From positions 1,426,001-1,490,000 of the forward strand of contig SMSO01000033.1 of the NCBI GenBank assembly GCA_004764695.1: DNA of 64,000 nt, read 5' to 3'. The position numbers were made by a program, and so were the translations under genes. Positions within the stretch are counted from its first letter, which is position 1, and the number at the start of each line of letters is the position of its first letter. This document shows, piece by piece, positions 1-10,172 of this stretch. The notes under the pieces are model-generated. The model ran no database searches. It had not been told where the DNA came from and saw nothing but the letters and a program-made list of their open reading frames with translations. The stretch is from Schizochytrium sp. TIO01. Taxonomy: Eukaryota; Protista; Bigyra: Labyrinthulomycetes.

Positions 1-1
1 G

Positions 2-379
2 GAGGTTAATGGAGTCCCGGTAAAGGCATTCGTGGACTCCGGGGCGCAAACCACAGTAATGTCACGTTCTTGCGCAGAGAGATGCGGCATAATTCGTCTT
101 GTGGACACTCGTTTTTCAGGTGTTGCAGTAGGTGTCGGCCAAGCGCGCATTCTTGGTCGTGTTCATATTGCCCCAATCAAGATTGGGTCACAGCTCTACA
201 ACTGTAGCTTTACGGTTGTTGACATCGACAAAATGGAGCTGCTTCTCGGGCTAGATATGCTCAAGAAACACCAAGCGATGGTTGATCTCCGCAATGATTG
301 CCTTCACATTGGAGATCCGGAAGAACTTGTTCCATTTCTTTCAGAGGCTGAGGTTCCAGAAAATGCCCGTCTCCACTAA
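2..379 (+). CDS. DDI1: DNA damage-inducible protein 1-like aspartic protease, 3' part (5'-truncated by window)
   Basis: Frame open from base 2: [46 protein letters not shown]...[12 protein letters not shown], the retroviral-protease-like domain of Ddi1 with catalytic DSGAQ. Confidence 0.93.
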   Translation, partial: EVNGVPVKAFVDSGAQTTVMSRSCAERCGIIRLVDTRFSGVAVGVGQARILGRVHIAPIKIGSQLYNCSFTVVDIDKMELLLGLDMLKKHQAMVDLRNDCLHIGDPEELVPFLSEAEVPENARLH

Positions 380-2169
380 AGCTTTTATTCTTAACATTTT
401 GTCATTATATTCTAAATCCCCTGCAGTCTCACCGGTGGTTTTATCTCATGACTATATATTGCCTTTGCCACTTATAATTCTTAAATTTCTGAACACGCAT
501 TAGAAAAGTGCACATTCAAACACGCTTTGCAACTTGGTGGACCATTGTACAGTTCATTCGAAAGGAATCAGTTGATTTGGTAGGACATTTGCGCCATGCT
601 TGCCAGGTTCTATATGCACCCGAAAACTAGTGCAAAACAAAATGGTGTTAATTTAAATCCCTATACTGACCGCCTTTAATGTCACCATTTACCTGTGGAC
701 TCTTCACAAAACGCCACATGGATTCTAGTTGTTTCTTAAAAAACAATTATTGCGTTGCAATATGTTTGCACAACATCAATTTCTACTCTTCTTGCATCAA
801 AAATTCTAGAAATACATATGCCCCTCAGGCTGTAGAGAGCCAATTACAGGTCTTAAGCATTTAAAAACGATAACGCTAGTTCTGAATTACATCGGGCACC
901 CATCACTGCCAGCCCCGATGCTCTTGCTGCTACATCAAATGGTGCCTGGGTAGCTACAGAAAACGCAGCCAAGCGATCTCTATACCTCCTTGAAAAATCA
1001 CCTAATTGCAAACCGTGATGTAACGCACTTTTTAAAACTGCGTGCTAATTCAAGTCGAACCTTACAGTGCGGCCTGATTACAGGTAGGAGGCACCTACCC
1101 ACCAACAAAATTTTGTAAATTATTTGCACATCCTTTGCAAAATTCTGCAACATCCCTGTCCAGAGGCGACTCTTTATAATGTTGCAGCTCAGGTATAAAA
1201 ACTTACGGCAAAACAATCATTACATAACATACTGAACCTAGTACCAACCTTGGTACTAGTCCCTGCAAGGACTTGGTTGGTCCATTCTCTTAATGAATAC
1301 CAATCTTAACGCTGCTACCAAATCCGCCAAACTACCTACTAACAGCTGAGAAGTCAGTCAGGCAGTCAGGCAGCCGGCCAGCCTTAGTCACTCCCGAGCA
1401 CCTAAGACATCCTAACCCTTACTGTTACGGTGCTATCCATAAAATCGCAAGCTGAGGAGCGAAACTTTCAAGGCCACGAGCAACAACAATGTACCAAAGC
1501 CCTATTTTTCTGTGGTCAGAGGCTTCACTTGAGCCGCATGAACCTAGACCGTGTAAACACCTGAAACACACAACTCAAAGTTTAAGGAAAACTTTGCATG
1601 TATGCCCTGAGAGGCGACAGTTGGTTGCTCAACTGAAATTTTCATAGAATGAAAGTACCTAGCTAGAGATAAACAGCATGTGCTACTTCTTCAGATTCGC
1701 CATATTGGCCCAAATAAAAAGAATTAGTTTCTTATCAGTGTCCAGTCGAAGAAGTCCAATCGTGCTTACCATTCGCTTCTCCGAAGCCTTTCTTTGAGAG
1801 GCATTCCACAAAATTCGCAAGTTCAGTTTTTGGTAGTTAGCCTGAGACATCTTATTGAACATTGAACCAAGGGGTCCCACCATAACGAGTTACTTTTTCA
1901 GATTCGCCATGTCATAATTAAGGGTCGTATTTTACTTTTATTGTTTACCGTAATTATTCAAAGCGTGTTCACCTTTCCCTTGCTGGCCAGAGTTTCAAAA
2001 AAAATCGCAAGTTCAGTTTTATCTCTAGAGCTATCTCTCCGGCGAACGGGCGCCACGCCGCCGCCAGAGTCTCTTGAAACTAGCGCGTTGAACGAGGTCC
2101 ATCGCCCCCCAGGTCGAGAGGCGTGGCGGGGAGGCTCGTTTGATCGATGGAGGGCTCATTCCGAGCGGT

Positions 2170-2550
2170 GTCAAATACGTTGCGATATTTAGCCACTTTA
2201 CCAGCCACAAAGTTAGTTAGTTGGTTCTTCTTCGTGGACATGTGCGTTGAGTTCCTCACAGCTTGGCGCGAGCTCGCCAAGGACTCCGCGAGGAACCAGG
2301 GCATGGCCAGAACATGGCCAAGCTCGCGGTCCTGAGGGAACGGGACCTCTTCTGCAGAAGCTCTCAGCCAGCCTTGGTGAAGCCAGCGGTGACGGACCTC
2401 GGAAACCCCGTGTTCGAGTGGTGCTCCTTCCAAGTGACTCTCGAGATTGCTTCTGAGCTGCTGGCTGCGTAGACATCCGTGATGACGAAACTCAAGTCCG
2501 AAGTGATCTCCCTGGCCAGCGCTCGTGAATAGATCAGATAGAGCTTCACT
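2170..2550 (+). mobile_element. Decayed hAT-like DNA transposase fragment
   Basis: GC-rich island. Stitched + frames give LPATKLVSWFFFVDMCVEFL and FEWCSFQVTLEIASELLAA*TSVMTKLKSEVISLASARE*I, resembling the hAT 'TRW..xDMxxRFL' and 'W..L.ELL....TK.L.SE..SL' segments, with stops and frameshifts. Confidence 0.4.
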
Positions 2551-2555
2551 CACAC

Positions 2556-2594
2556 ATACATACATACATACATACATACATACATACATACATA
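2556..2594. repeat. (TACA)n tetranucleotide microsatellite
   Basis: About 10 direct units visible. Confidence 0.97.
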
Positions 2595-4823
2595 CTGCCT
2601 GGGAGGTAGGTACCTAGGTTTCCGCTCACTCCTCATCTTTGCTCTTCGCTCAAGTCCTCGCTGCCACGCGAAGAGGGTTGGTTGGCTTGGCTGAGCCAGC
2701 CAGCCAGCAAGCTCGACAGCTAGCTTCGCTGATGCTTTCGCTGCCTTGAACACCGAGCACCTTCGTTAGCTCCATTTAGACACGAGCTCGAGCTTGGTTG
2801 CAGCCATTTATTTATGTGCCTCTGTGAACATGAACTTCTTCAGCCTCAGCGTGAGGTTTCGTGAAACTCGCTGCACTGGAAGCCTTTTGCCTGCCTGCCT
2901 GGCTTCAGAAGCCCTGTTTCTTTGTTATCCCGAGCCCCGTTTCGATGAAAGCCCGAGGATTTCGACAGCGATGACGATGAATTGATTGATAGATCAAAGG
3001 TGGAGTGTGTGTACTCAAGCACCTTCTGCGCTATAATCGCGGCACGAGGTGCTTGTTTCACTTCTGACTTCCTTCGAGTGCGATATTACAGATCGCATCA
3101 AGTGCCCAGCTCTCCGCCAGGTACTCTAGTCTAGGTATCAGTGAACATCATGCTGCGAAAGCTCAAGTTGGCCTGCTCTAAAACTCGCAATGGTGCTGCT
3201 TGCTGATGGCGCTTTCGCTCTCTGCTTTCGCAGTTTCGCTTCGTCTCCTCCGCCTCTTTGCTTCTTTCTTTGTGTCTTCCTTTCTTGAGTCTTTCTTTGC
3301 GCCTTGTTCTCTCTTCCCTTCTCTTCTCCTGCCCTGTCGAAGCCCCTTCACTTACGCGAGTTGGAGAATCGGCAGTTGGTTGGACAACCAACGTACGAAA
3401 GAAGTGGTGCCCAAATCTTTGCCTCGGCCAGCCCCAAAGCTGTCCGGCTGTTCGCGACCTCATTAATCGATGTGCCGATCGCAAGCATTCTCTTCTTCGG
3501 CCCCGACGACCTTTCGTCTCCTCGCAACATCGAAGGAGCTCGAGTTCGTAGGCTCGAGCTTCGGCCGAATATATTTCTCCTCCCTTGATCAATCACACAT
3601 CTGATTTTGTTTTTATTTATTATTTGTACAATTCAATTTTGGTTTTAGATGAAACTAATTTTAATTAAAGTGTGATTGCTACAGTTTAAGTGTGATCCCT
3701 ATACCGTAATAACAGAGACGTAGTTGCAAGAACTGTTTGGGCAGTACCAGTCACATAGCAGTAGATATGGTCGCGGGTGACCAGCGCATGGCAGCCCAGC
3801 TCGCGCTGAAAAGCTTGACTCATGAAGGAAGTTTGAACTAAAATGCAATAAAAATGCGATTGTTGGAGTTGGTTGGATAAAACCAACGCTCAGGTAACCC
3901 GGCTTGAAACGGAGACGTAGCGTCTTCACGGGAAGGACGAGCTTTCCACAACCTTGATCGCTGTTTTATACTCTCAAACGAGGCTCCGAAATGAAGTAGA
4001 AGGCGCCGGGATTCTGGAGGACAATTTCTTCTTTTGATTTGTTTTGCTTTTGTTTTGCTTTGTTTCTGTGATCGCAATTCGCCTCAGAAAAAGTCGATAC
4101 TCTAAAGCGACTGTTGACTGTGATGGATGTGCTGTTCAACAGATGTCGACGGCTGTGGCGATCGCAGTATCGCGCCAACAAAGAGGCCTGTGCTCACACG
4201 AAGGCTTGCGTGGGTGGCCAGTCTCGATTGCAAGTCAAGCTGGCTGCTGGCTGGCCCAGCTGCGAAAACTGTAGCATGCCGGCACGAGCTACAGGCACCT
4301 GCTACGAAAGAGCAGGGCCTTGCGTATCAAGGTCTCTAAGAGCCCCTGCGAAATGGCCAACTCTGCGTTGGAATGTTGGAATGCAGGCAGAACAGATGAG
4401 ACTCGGGCTCTAGAAAGTAGGTTCTTTGGTGCTGCTTCTTTTTAAAACGAACCAGCGAAGTGCCACTTCCAAGAGTAAGTCCTCCTACCAAGTTTTGTTT
4501 GGCTAGTTCTTGTTCAAGTTAGTACTCTGAATAGTACCGAGTGAAGTGCGAAAAGGGATCTCCATACACGCCTAGTCTGGCTCCTGGCTGAGCGCCACAA
4601 AGTCGTGTCCAGGGATAGCAAACCAGAACTCCGTGAGGATAATCGATGCGGGCTTGGGGTTGAGCCAGGCCTTCTAGTTCACGCGTGGAAGGAAGCCTTG
4701 GAGAAGGTCAAGAGCGCTTCCGGGGAAGAGCGCTTCGGGAGGACGACCTCAAGAAGGACTACACGGGACCCGAGGGGGAAACGCGTCGTGGCAGAGGACT
4801 TGAGGGTTCACAGATACAAAAGA

Positions 4824-7409
4824 ATGATGCTGCAAAGGTGGCAGCGAACGCCATACCTGGTTGTACTAGTAGCAGTCCTGCTTATTGCCACTGCACATGC
4901 ATGTAGCATTGACTTGCATGTGGCCATGGATCTAAGTTCTATGACAAGCTCGAACTATGCGCTTTGCGGCGGTGTGCAGCAAGATGGCATCGATGCACAA
5001 TACGCCTGCGTAGATACATATGTCGCATTTGTAGAAAGTGCGATGCAAGTTCTTGATGAAGCTTGTGTAGCGATTGAGGGCAGCAGTAAAGGACCTCGGC
5101 TATCTCTCAGCGCTTTGCGCTGCGTTAATGAGTCAGCCAGGGAAATTGTTTTTCTAGAGCCATCTCGAAAGACCAAAGACATCACAAGTGCTTTGGAGGA
5201 TATCTCGCAAGCCTATCTTGGAGGAGGCACATGCGGTACTTTCGCTTTGGATGCAATCGATGAATGGATTTCACAATCCTCTGCAGCAAAACGAACCCAA
5301 CGAGTCATTTTCCTTTCAGAAGAAAACCAGTTTGCTGATTCTAATGTAACTGCACTGCAAGAAAGAGTTGGCAGCCTTGAAGCAAGTGGAGCAGTCCTTT
5401 TCGCTGGCGTTCTTAATTCAACGAATCGAGGGTTGTCAGAAATGTTGAATAATGCCTCCGTTATCGATATCATAGCCTCTGATACTATGAAAGCGAAGGA
5501 TCTTAGTCTAAATGTGACAGGAGCAACACCTACCGAGGCTCCAACTAGCCCCCCTGTGTCTGGTACTACATCTGCCCCTACGGTCGAGGCGACTTCATCT
5601 GATACTACACCTGCCCCTACGGCAGACACGACTTCATCTGATACTACGCCTGCCCCTACGGCAGACACGACTTCATCTGATACTACATCTACTCCTACAC
5701 TAGACACGACATTTGCTCCTACATCTGGAACACCAGCTCCTTCATCGAACCCTACACGATCACCTACAGAAGCGGCAGAGACATCTTCACCTACTCAAGA
5801 TCCAGCAACAGATTCTCCAACAACAAACCCAACAAGTGCTACGCCGACAGCGGGACCGTCGTCTGTACCAACAATTTTTCCTTCAGTCGCGCCAACTCAG
5901 GCGCCCTCCACAACTACGCCTACGTCAAATCCAACGTCTCAGCCTACTAATCCAACAGAATCGCCATCACCTGTGCCTACGCCGCTTCCAGTTGCGGGTG
6001 CTACCCCTTCCCCAACTCCACTGCCTACTCCAACTCCAACAAGTGCTCCAACAACCCAGCCAACTGCAACACCAACATCAAGCCCGACAACTTCTGCGCA
6101 GGAGAACTCTACAACATTGCAACCAACCACAGCGCCTCAAGAGGATGCATATTCCCAAAGCCCTTCCAATGCACCAATTTCATCATCTTTCGTTCCCACC
6201 TCGAGCCCGACTCTAACAGCGACAGATTCTCCGTCTGAGAAGCCGGACAATAGTACAAGCGAGGGAGGCAGTAGTACCGGCGGCTCCTCTGACTCATCTT
6301 CATGCCCGCGAGGTTCATATGATAATGATGGATACTGCTATTTTCAATGGGACCGGGATGGCAAAGCTGTTCCTGCACTAATCACACTCGCCGCTGTAAT
6401 GCTCATCCCTGTGATGGTAGCTCTGTATGACCTCGGTTGGGTAGGCTTGGATATTTCGCTAGATGTTCTTGCTGCCAGTGGTGATCTCATCTCGGACTTA
6501 TACTACATTACCCAAGAGCCTTTTTACAATCTTGTGCTCTTTTTTCTCAGTTGTGCATCCATCGCGTTCACAATTTTACCATATATATCATGGCTAAGAC
6601 GAAACCCGATCCGAATGTACTTTGGCCCAGCTATTCTCATTCGTACAGAGCGAACAATATTGCTGTTCTGTGCAGGTGTGATATGGTGGATTGTTGGTCT
6701 AGTCCTGTACGCAATGCGAGTATTACCATTTGGTAAAATCAAAGCCGGATTTCTTCTCGACCCAGATAGTGGGTTTCTGTGCGGGTCTGCAAACAGATGG
6801 CTACAAGATGTTAACGACCAGCTTCGAAACAGCCCAGATGACGACGAAAATAGTGAAGCAGATGAAGACGAGAAGAGTAAGGACGGAGAAAATATCAATG
6901 CTCTTGAAGACTTGGAGAAAACTACGAAAGTCAGCTCTGAGGACCAAGAGAAATCCAGTTCTTCGCCAGCATCAGAGAGTCCAGAGGACGATGATGATCT
7001 GCCCTTTGATCCTGTTGCATTCAATCGTATGCGACTTTTCGAAGTGATTGCCGAGAGCGTGCCCCAATTTTCGTTACAACTTGCAAACGGTTTACTTCTG
7101 GATAGCTGGAGTATAGCGTCGGCTGTATCCATTGGTTTCTCTGGTTTCCTTATTCTTCGTGTTTTGCAACATCTTTTGGTTTACGTTGGATTAGTGGGGA
7201 AATCTCCGGATGAGATGCCGGTAGGCCTAGGCATTTTTGCAAAGCCTGTGCGTCATGTCTCTCAAAGACGACTAAGTAATCGTAAATCATCAGTTCCAAC
7301 CAAAGCGGCCTCTTTGGAAGAGGTTAGCACAGACAAAGAGGATTCTTTCGAGCTCGATGAGCTTGCTCTAACATCAGAGGCTTTTACCCACGGAAGAGCC
7401 TCTGTCTAA
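4824..7409 (+). CDS. Cell-surface membrane protein: signal peptide + VWA-like domain + Pro/Thr/Ser mucin stalk + XK-related multi-TM domain
   Basis: Likely start ATG 4824 (MMLQRWQRTPYLVVLVAVLLIATAHA signal peptide). CSIDLHVAMDLSS, GGGT and RVIFLSE are VWA-like motifs. About 250 aa of PT/S-rich stalk follow, then hydrophobic segments with GDLISDLYY and FEVIAESVPQFSLQL. Confidence 0.8.
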   Translation: MMLQRWQRTPYLVVLVAVLLIATAHACSIDLHVAMDLSSMTSSNYALCGGVQQDGIDAQYACVDTYVAFVESAMQVLDEACVAIEGSSKGPRLSLSALRCVNESAREIVFLEPSRKTKDITSALEDISQAYLGGGTCGTFALDAIDEWISQSSAAKRTQRVIFLSEENQFADSNVTALQERVGSLEASGAVLFAGVLNSTNRGLSEMLNNASVIDIIASDTMKAKDLSLNVTGATPTEAPTSPPVSGTTSAPTVEATSSDTTPAPTADTTSSDTTPAPTADTTSSDTTSTPTLDTTFAPTSGTPAPSSNPTRSPTEAAETSSPTQDPATDSPTTNPTSATPTAGPSSVPTIFPSVAPTQAPSTTTPTSNPTSQPTNPTESPSPVPTPLPVAGATPSPTPLPTPTPTSAPTTQPTATPTSSPTTSAQENSTTLQPTTAPQEDAYSQSPSNAPISSSFVPTSSPTLTATDSPSEKPDNSTSEGGSSTGGSSDSSSCPRGSYDNDGYCYFQWDRDGKAVPALITLAAVMLIPVMVALYDLGWVGLDISLDVLAASGDLISDLYYITQEPFYNLVLFFLSCASIAFTILPYISWLRRNPIRMYFGPAILIRTERTILLFCAGVIWWIVGLVLYAMRVLPFGKIKAGFLLDPDSGFLCGSANRWLQDVNDQLRNSPDDDENSEADEDEKSKDGENINALEDLEKTTKVSSEDQEKSSSSPASESPEDDDDLPFDPVAFNRMRLFEVIAESVPQFSLQLANGLLLDSWSIASAVSIGFSGFLILRVLQHLLVYVGLVGKSPDEMPVGLGIFAKPVRHVSQRRLSNRKSSVPTKAASLEEVSTDKEDSFELDELALTSEAFTHGRASV
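5570..5710 (+). repeat. 39-bp coding minisatellite (TTSSDTTPAPTAD), ~3.5 copies
   Basis: acgacttcatctgatactac(a/g)cctgcccctacggcagac repeated in the mucin stalk. Confidence 0.9.
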
Positions 7410-7775
7410 TTTGTACTATATAAATATAGAAAATTATCAAATCTATCCTTACTGTCCGACTGCTTGCTCACGCGTGTTTCTGATCAATAATTCTTCTGTA
7501 GTACGCAAAACTTTCGAGATTAATCGCCCTTTCTAACACTATAAAATAGACTGCGTTCCTTAGTTTATTTTCCAAAGATTTAGTAGATATGTCAGGTGTT
7601 GTTTTGATGAATATATTGTCCACGTGCGCTTCACGAAGAAGAATGATTATATGAGTAAATCATTAAGAAAAGTTACATTCATATTAGCATTTTAAAAAAA
7701 AAGATAAAAAGGAATTAACCAAAGGGAATGTTGAACTCGAGCGACTCCAAGTTTCGTAAGCATATGATACTTCAC

Positions 7776-10172
7776 TCACTCTAAAAACGGAGGTAGAGCA
7801 ACAATGTTCGGATAAAGATGAGTGACATCTTGTATGCGAACATCAATAAAAGGTGTACCATTTTTATCTGGAGTAAGTCGATTATTGCTTCGCAATACTT
7901 TAACTTCACCATTCTTAAGAGTATATGCACTTTGCGTCACTCTCCAACGCGAAAAGAAATTCATGTAAGATCCTCCATTTTCACCGATACGTTTGAACCA
8001 AATTCGCGAAATGCAAAGACGCTGCAGAGGCGAGAGGATTGAAACGAAAAAGCCTTTCATGCCCACGGGATTTTGTCCAACAATTTTGTTAAAGGTGTCA
8101 TCGCTAAAAAGACAAGTCCCACCATTAGCAGAAATATCGACATCCAAAGTGGCGCGAAATGTTCCAAGAGGCAGACCATCTATCATTGCATCAGGGAAGA
8201 GAAAGTCTTCTTTAAGACGTGGGTCTTCCTGAGTGATGTATAATTTAAGAGCCTTGGCAAAATTTTCAGATTGCAAGAATTTTCCATACTTTTCTATCCA
8301 GCTTTTCCAGTCAAGAGGCCCTACGCTTGAGCAAGTTCGGTTGTGAATTTCAAAAACCACTTTTTGCACCGCAGTGGAAGATCCGAGCCGAGGGGCAGTA
8401 GTTGGCTTGCTGATTCCCAAACGCGACATTCGCTTAGGATCCACCAAACTGTCAAGGTCATGTTCGTCAGTACTACTAGGGGAAGAACTTTGATGGCGCT
8501 TTATACCGGAGTCTTGCGAAGTAAAGGAGCTTGCTGCAGGCGAAGACGAATAAAATCGCTCTACAGGCTCCATCTTTATGGGATCAATCGGTTTGGATGG
8601 CACATTTGGGTTCGGAGCACCAAAGATACCTGCACCAGATCGCGGAGAAGCCTTTTTAGATGTGTCTTCTTCTTCCTCCTCCTCTTTATCACTCTCGTTG
8701 ACATCATCGCCCCCCGTGCTACTACCCGCATTAGACGCTATAGTCAGGGGATGCTTGCTTCTTGAATAAGCGGGTGTCTCGGAAAGGTGCCAGACTTGCA
8801 GAAACTGTAATTGAGGATTTGGTATTTCCCGACGCGCATTACGATCTTGGCGTTTGGCAAGTGTGTAAAGGCAGCCCCCGAAATCTAGCAGGAGCCCAGT
8901 TTTGCGTTCCTTCTGTGCAAGCTCTCGGTATTGTAATCCATCTTGCGCAGAGATCCAATGGAACTTCTTGGTTGAGCGAAGACGAACTGCACGGACCAAA
9001 TCTTGTTGCTTTTCGGTATATAAGTTGACCTTGTCCAACGCAGCGGATCGATCCAGTACATAGAATGTTTTAGGGCCATGGGGGTTTACAGGGCTCACGC
9101 CCTGCCGTTGAGGAATGTGCTCCGCAAAGTTACCTTTCGAGGCACTTAGGAGGAACGAATGCACTTCGTCAAAAGTGTAAGCGCCTAGGGGTGCTGGGTC
9201 CTCCCGGGTATCAGAGACGGTCGAAGAGCGAATTGGTTGAGTAGCTGTGGATGTTCCCGCAGAGACCTTGGGAGAGGAGGAACCAGGTGCGTTTAATACA
9301 GTTCCAGGTTCTACCGGCATTCTTGGGCTTTTCGGTGGTGACAGATGCGGTTTGGAGGAAATAAGTTTTATACGTTGCTGATGGTGTTGTTGTGAGTTCA
9401 ATTTTGTACTTTGAGATGAGGGCGAGCTTGCACAGGAATGGGCAGTAGGATGGAGAGCTGAAGGGTAAGAAGGACGTAGTGGCTGCATATTAGTAGATAC
9501 TCCTGAGTCCATTCTTGAGGGATAGTTGTAAGGCCCTGGCACAGCACTCGATGTTCCGGTTTCAAGCCTCTGAGGTAGCACAGGTCTGGGTGCCGAAGTT
9601 TGTGAATGGTAGTGCCCGCTTGCGTGGTACTGATGATCTTGGGTTGAGCTTTCCAGTGGAGGGATGCTGAGGTCAATTTCATCATATCCAAGTTGGTTTT
9701 GTTGGTATTGGCCTTCAGCCCAGCTGTTGTACAGCCCTTCTGATTGTGGTGCGCGAGGTGGGGAGATATAGGCGGTATTTGTTTGTGAACCCATGTAAAG
9801 GGGCGATTGATCTGCTCGTCTGCCACTCATAGCGTTGCGCATGTCTTCTTTTACCTCGTAGGGCCTGTGGTCGAGATCCTTGCTTTCAAGCACGGAAGAA
9901 TTTGTATTACTAAAAGCGCGTTTGGTTCCAATATAAGACGGCGTTGCCGAGGTTGAAGGCATAAAATCTCCCTGGTTTAGATACTTGCCAGAATGATCAT
10001 AATCTTGTCTCCCCGTCCACTTCGCATCATTATCGAAGGTATCGTTTATAGCAGCACTCTCCAGTGGGGCTGCAATACTGCCATTTTGCTCAACCTCGTT
10101 GAGGAGCAGCGAAACCTCATTCCAATTCAGAGATGCTAAATTATCCATCAACACTCCGTCTTGATCATCCAT
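7776..10172 (-). CDS. Putative transcription factor: disordered N-terminus, divergent CG-1-like domain, C-terminal PAS/PAC domain
   Basis: Long ORF with first ATG at 10172 (MDDQDG). PAS/PAC signature CLFSDDTFNKIVG...LKNGEVKVLRSNNRLTPDKNGTPFIDVRIQDVT. Central FHWISAQDGLQYRE...GCLY...NPQLQFLQVWHL resembles CG-1. Confidence 0.75.
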   Translation of the reverse strand: MDDQDGVLMDNLASLNWNEVSLLLNEVEQNGSIAAPLESAAINDTFDNDAKWTGRQDYDHSGKYLNQGDFMPSTSATPSYIGTKRAFSNTNSSVLESKDLDHRPYEVKEDMRNAMSGRRADQSPLYMGSQTNTAYISPPRAPQSEGLYNSWAEGQYQQNQLGYDEIDLSIPPLESSTQDHQYHASGHYHSQTSAPRPVLPQRLETGTSSAVPGPYNYPSRMDSGVSTNMQPLRPSYPSALHPTAHSCASSPSSQSTKLNSQQHHQQRIKLISSKPHLSPPKSPRMPVEPGTVLNAPGSSSPKVSAGTSTATQPIRSSTVSDTREDPAPLGAYTFDEVHSFLLSASKGNFAEHIPQRQGVSPVNPHGPKTFYVLDRSAALDKVNLYTEKQQDLVRAVRLRSTKKFHWISAQDGLQYRELAQKERKTGLLLDFGGCLYTLAKRQDRNARREIPNPQLQFLQVWHLSETPAYSRSKHPLTIASNAGSSTGGDDVNESDKEEEEEEDTSKKASPRSGAGIFGAPNPNVPSKPIDPIKMEPVERFYSSSPAASSFTSQDSGIKRHQSSSPSSTDEHDLDSLVDPKRMSRLGISKPTTAPRLGSSTAVQKVVFEIHNRTCSSVGPLDWKSWIEKYGKFLQSENFAKALKLYITQEDPRLKEDFLFPDAMIDGLPLGTFRATLDVDISANGGTCLFSDDTFNKIVGQNPVGMKGFFVSILSPLQRLCISRIWFKRIGENGGSYMNFFSRWRVTQSAYTLKNGEVKVLRSNNRLTPDKNGTPFIDVRIQDVTHLYPNIVALPPFLE

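Noticed and set aside
2-379. Retrotransposon protease
   Set aside because: Sequence context ([25 protein letters not shown]) is that of cellular Ddi1, and no RT or integrase follows.
1238-1259. 10-bp perfect hairpin CTAGTACCAA-CC-TTGGTACTAG
   Set aside because: Isolated, with no context linking it to a function.
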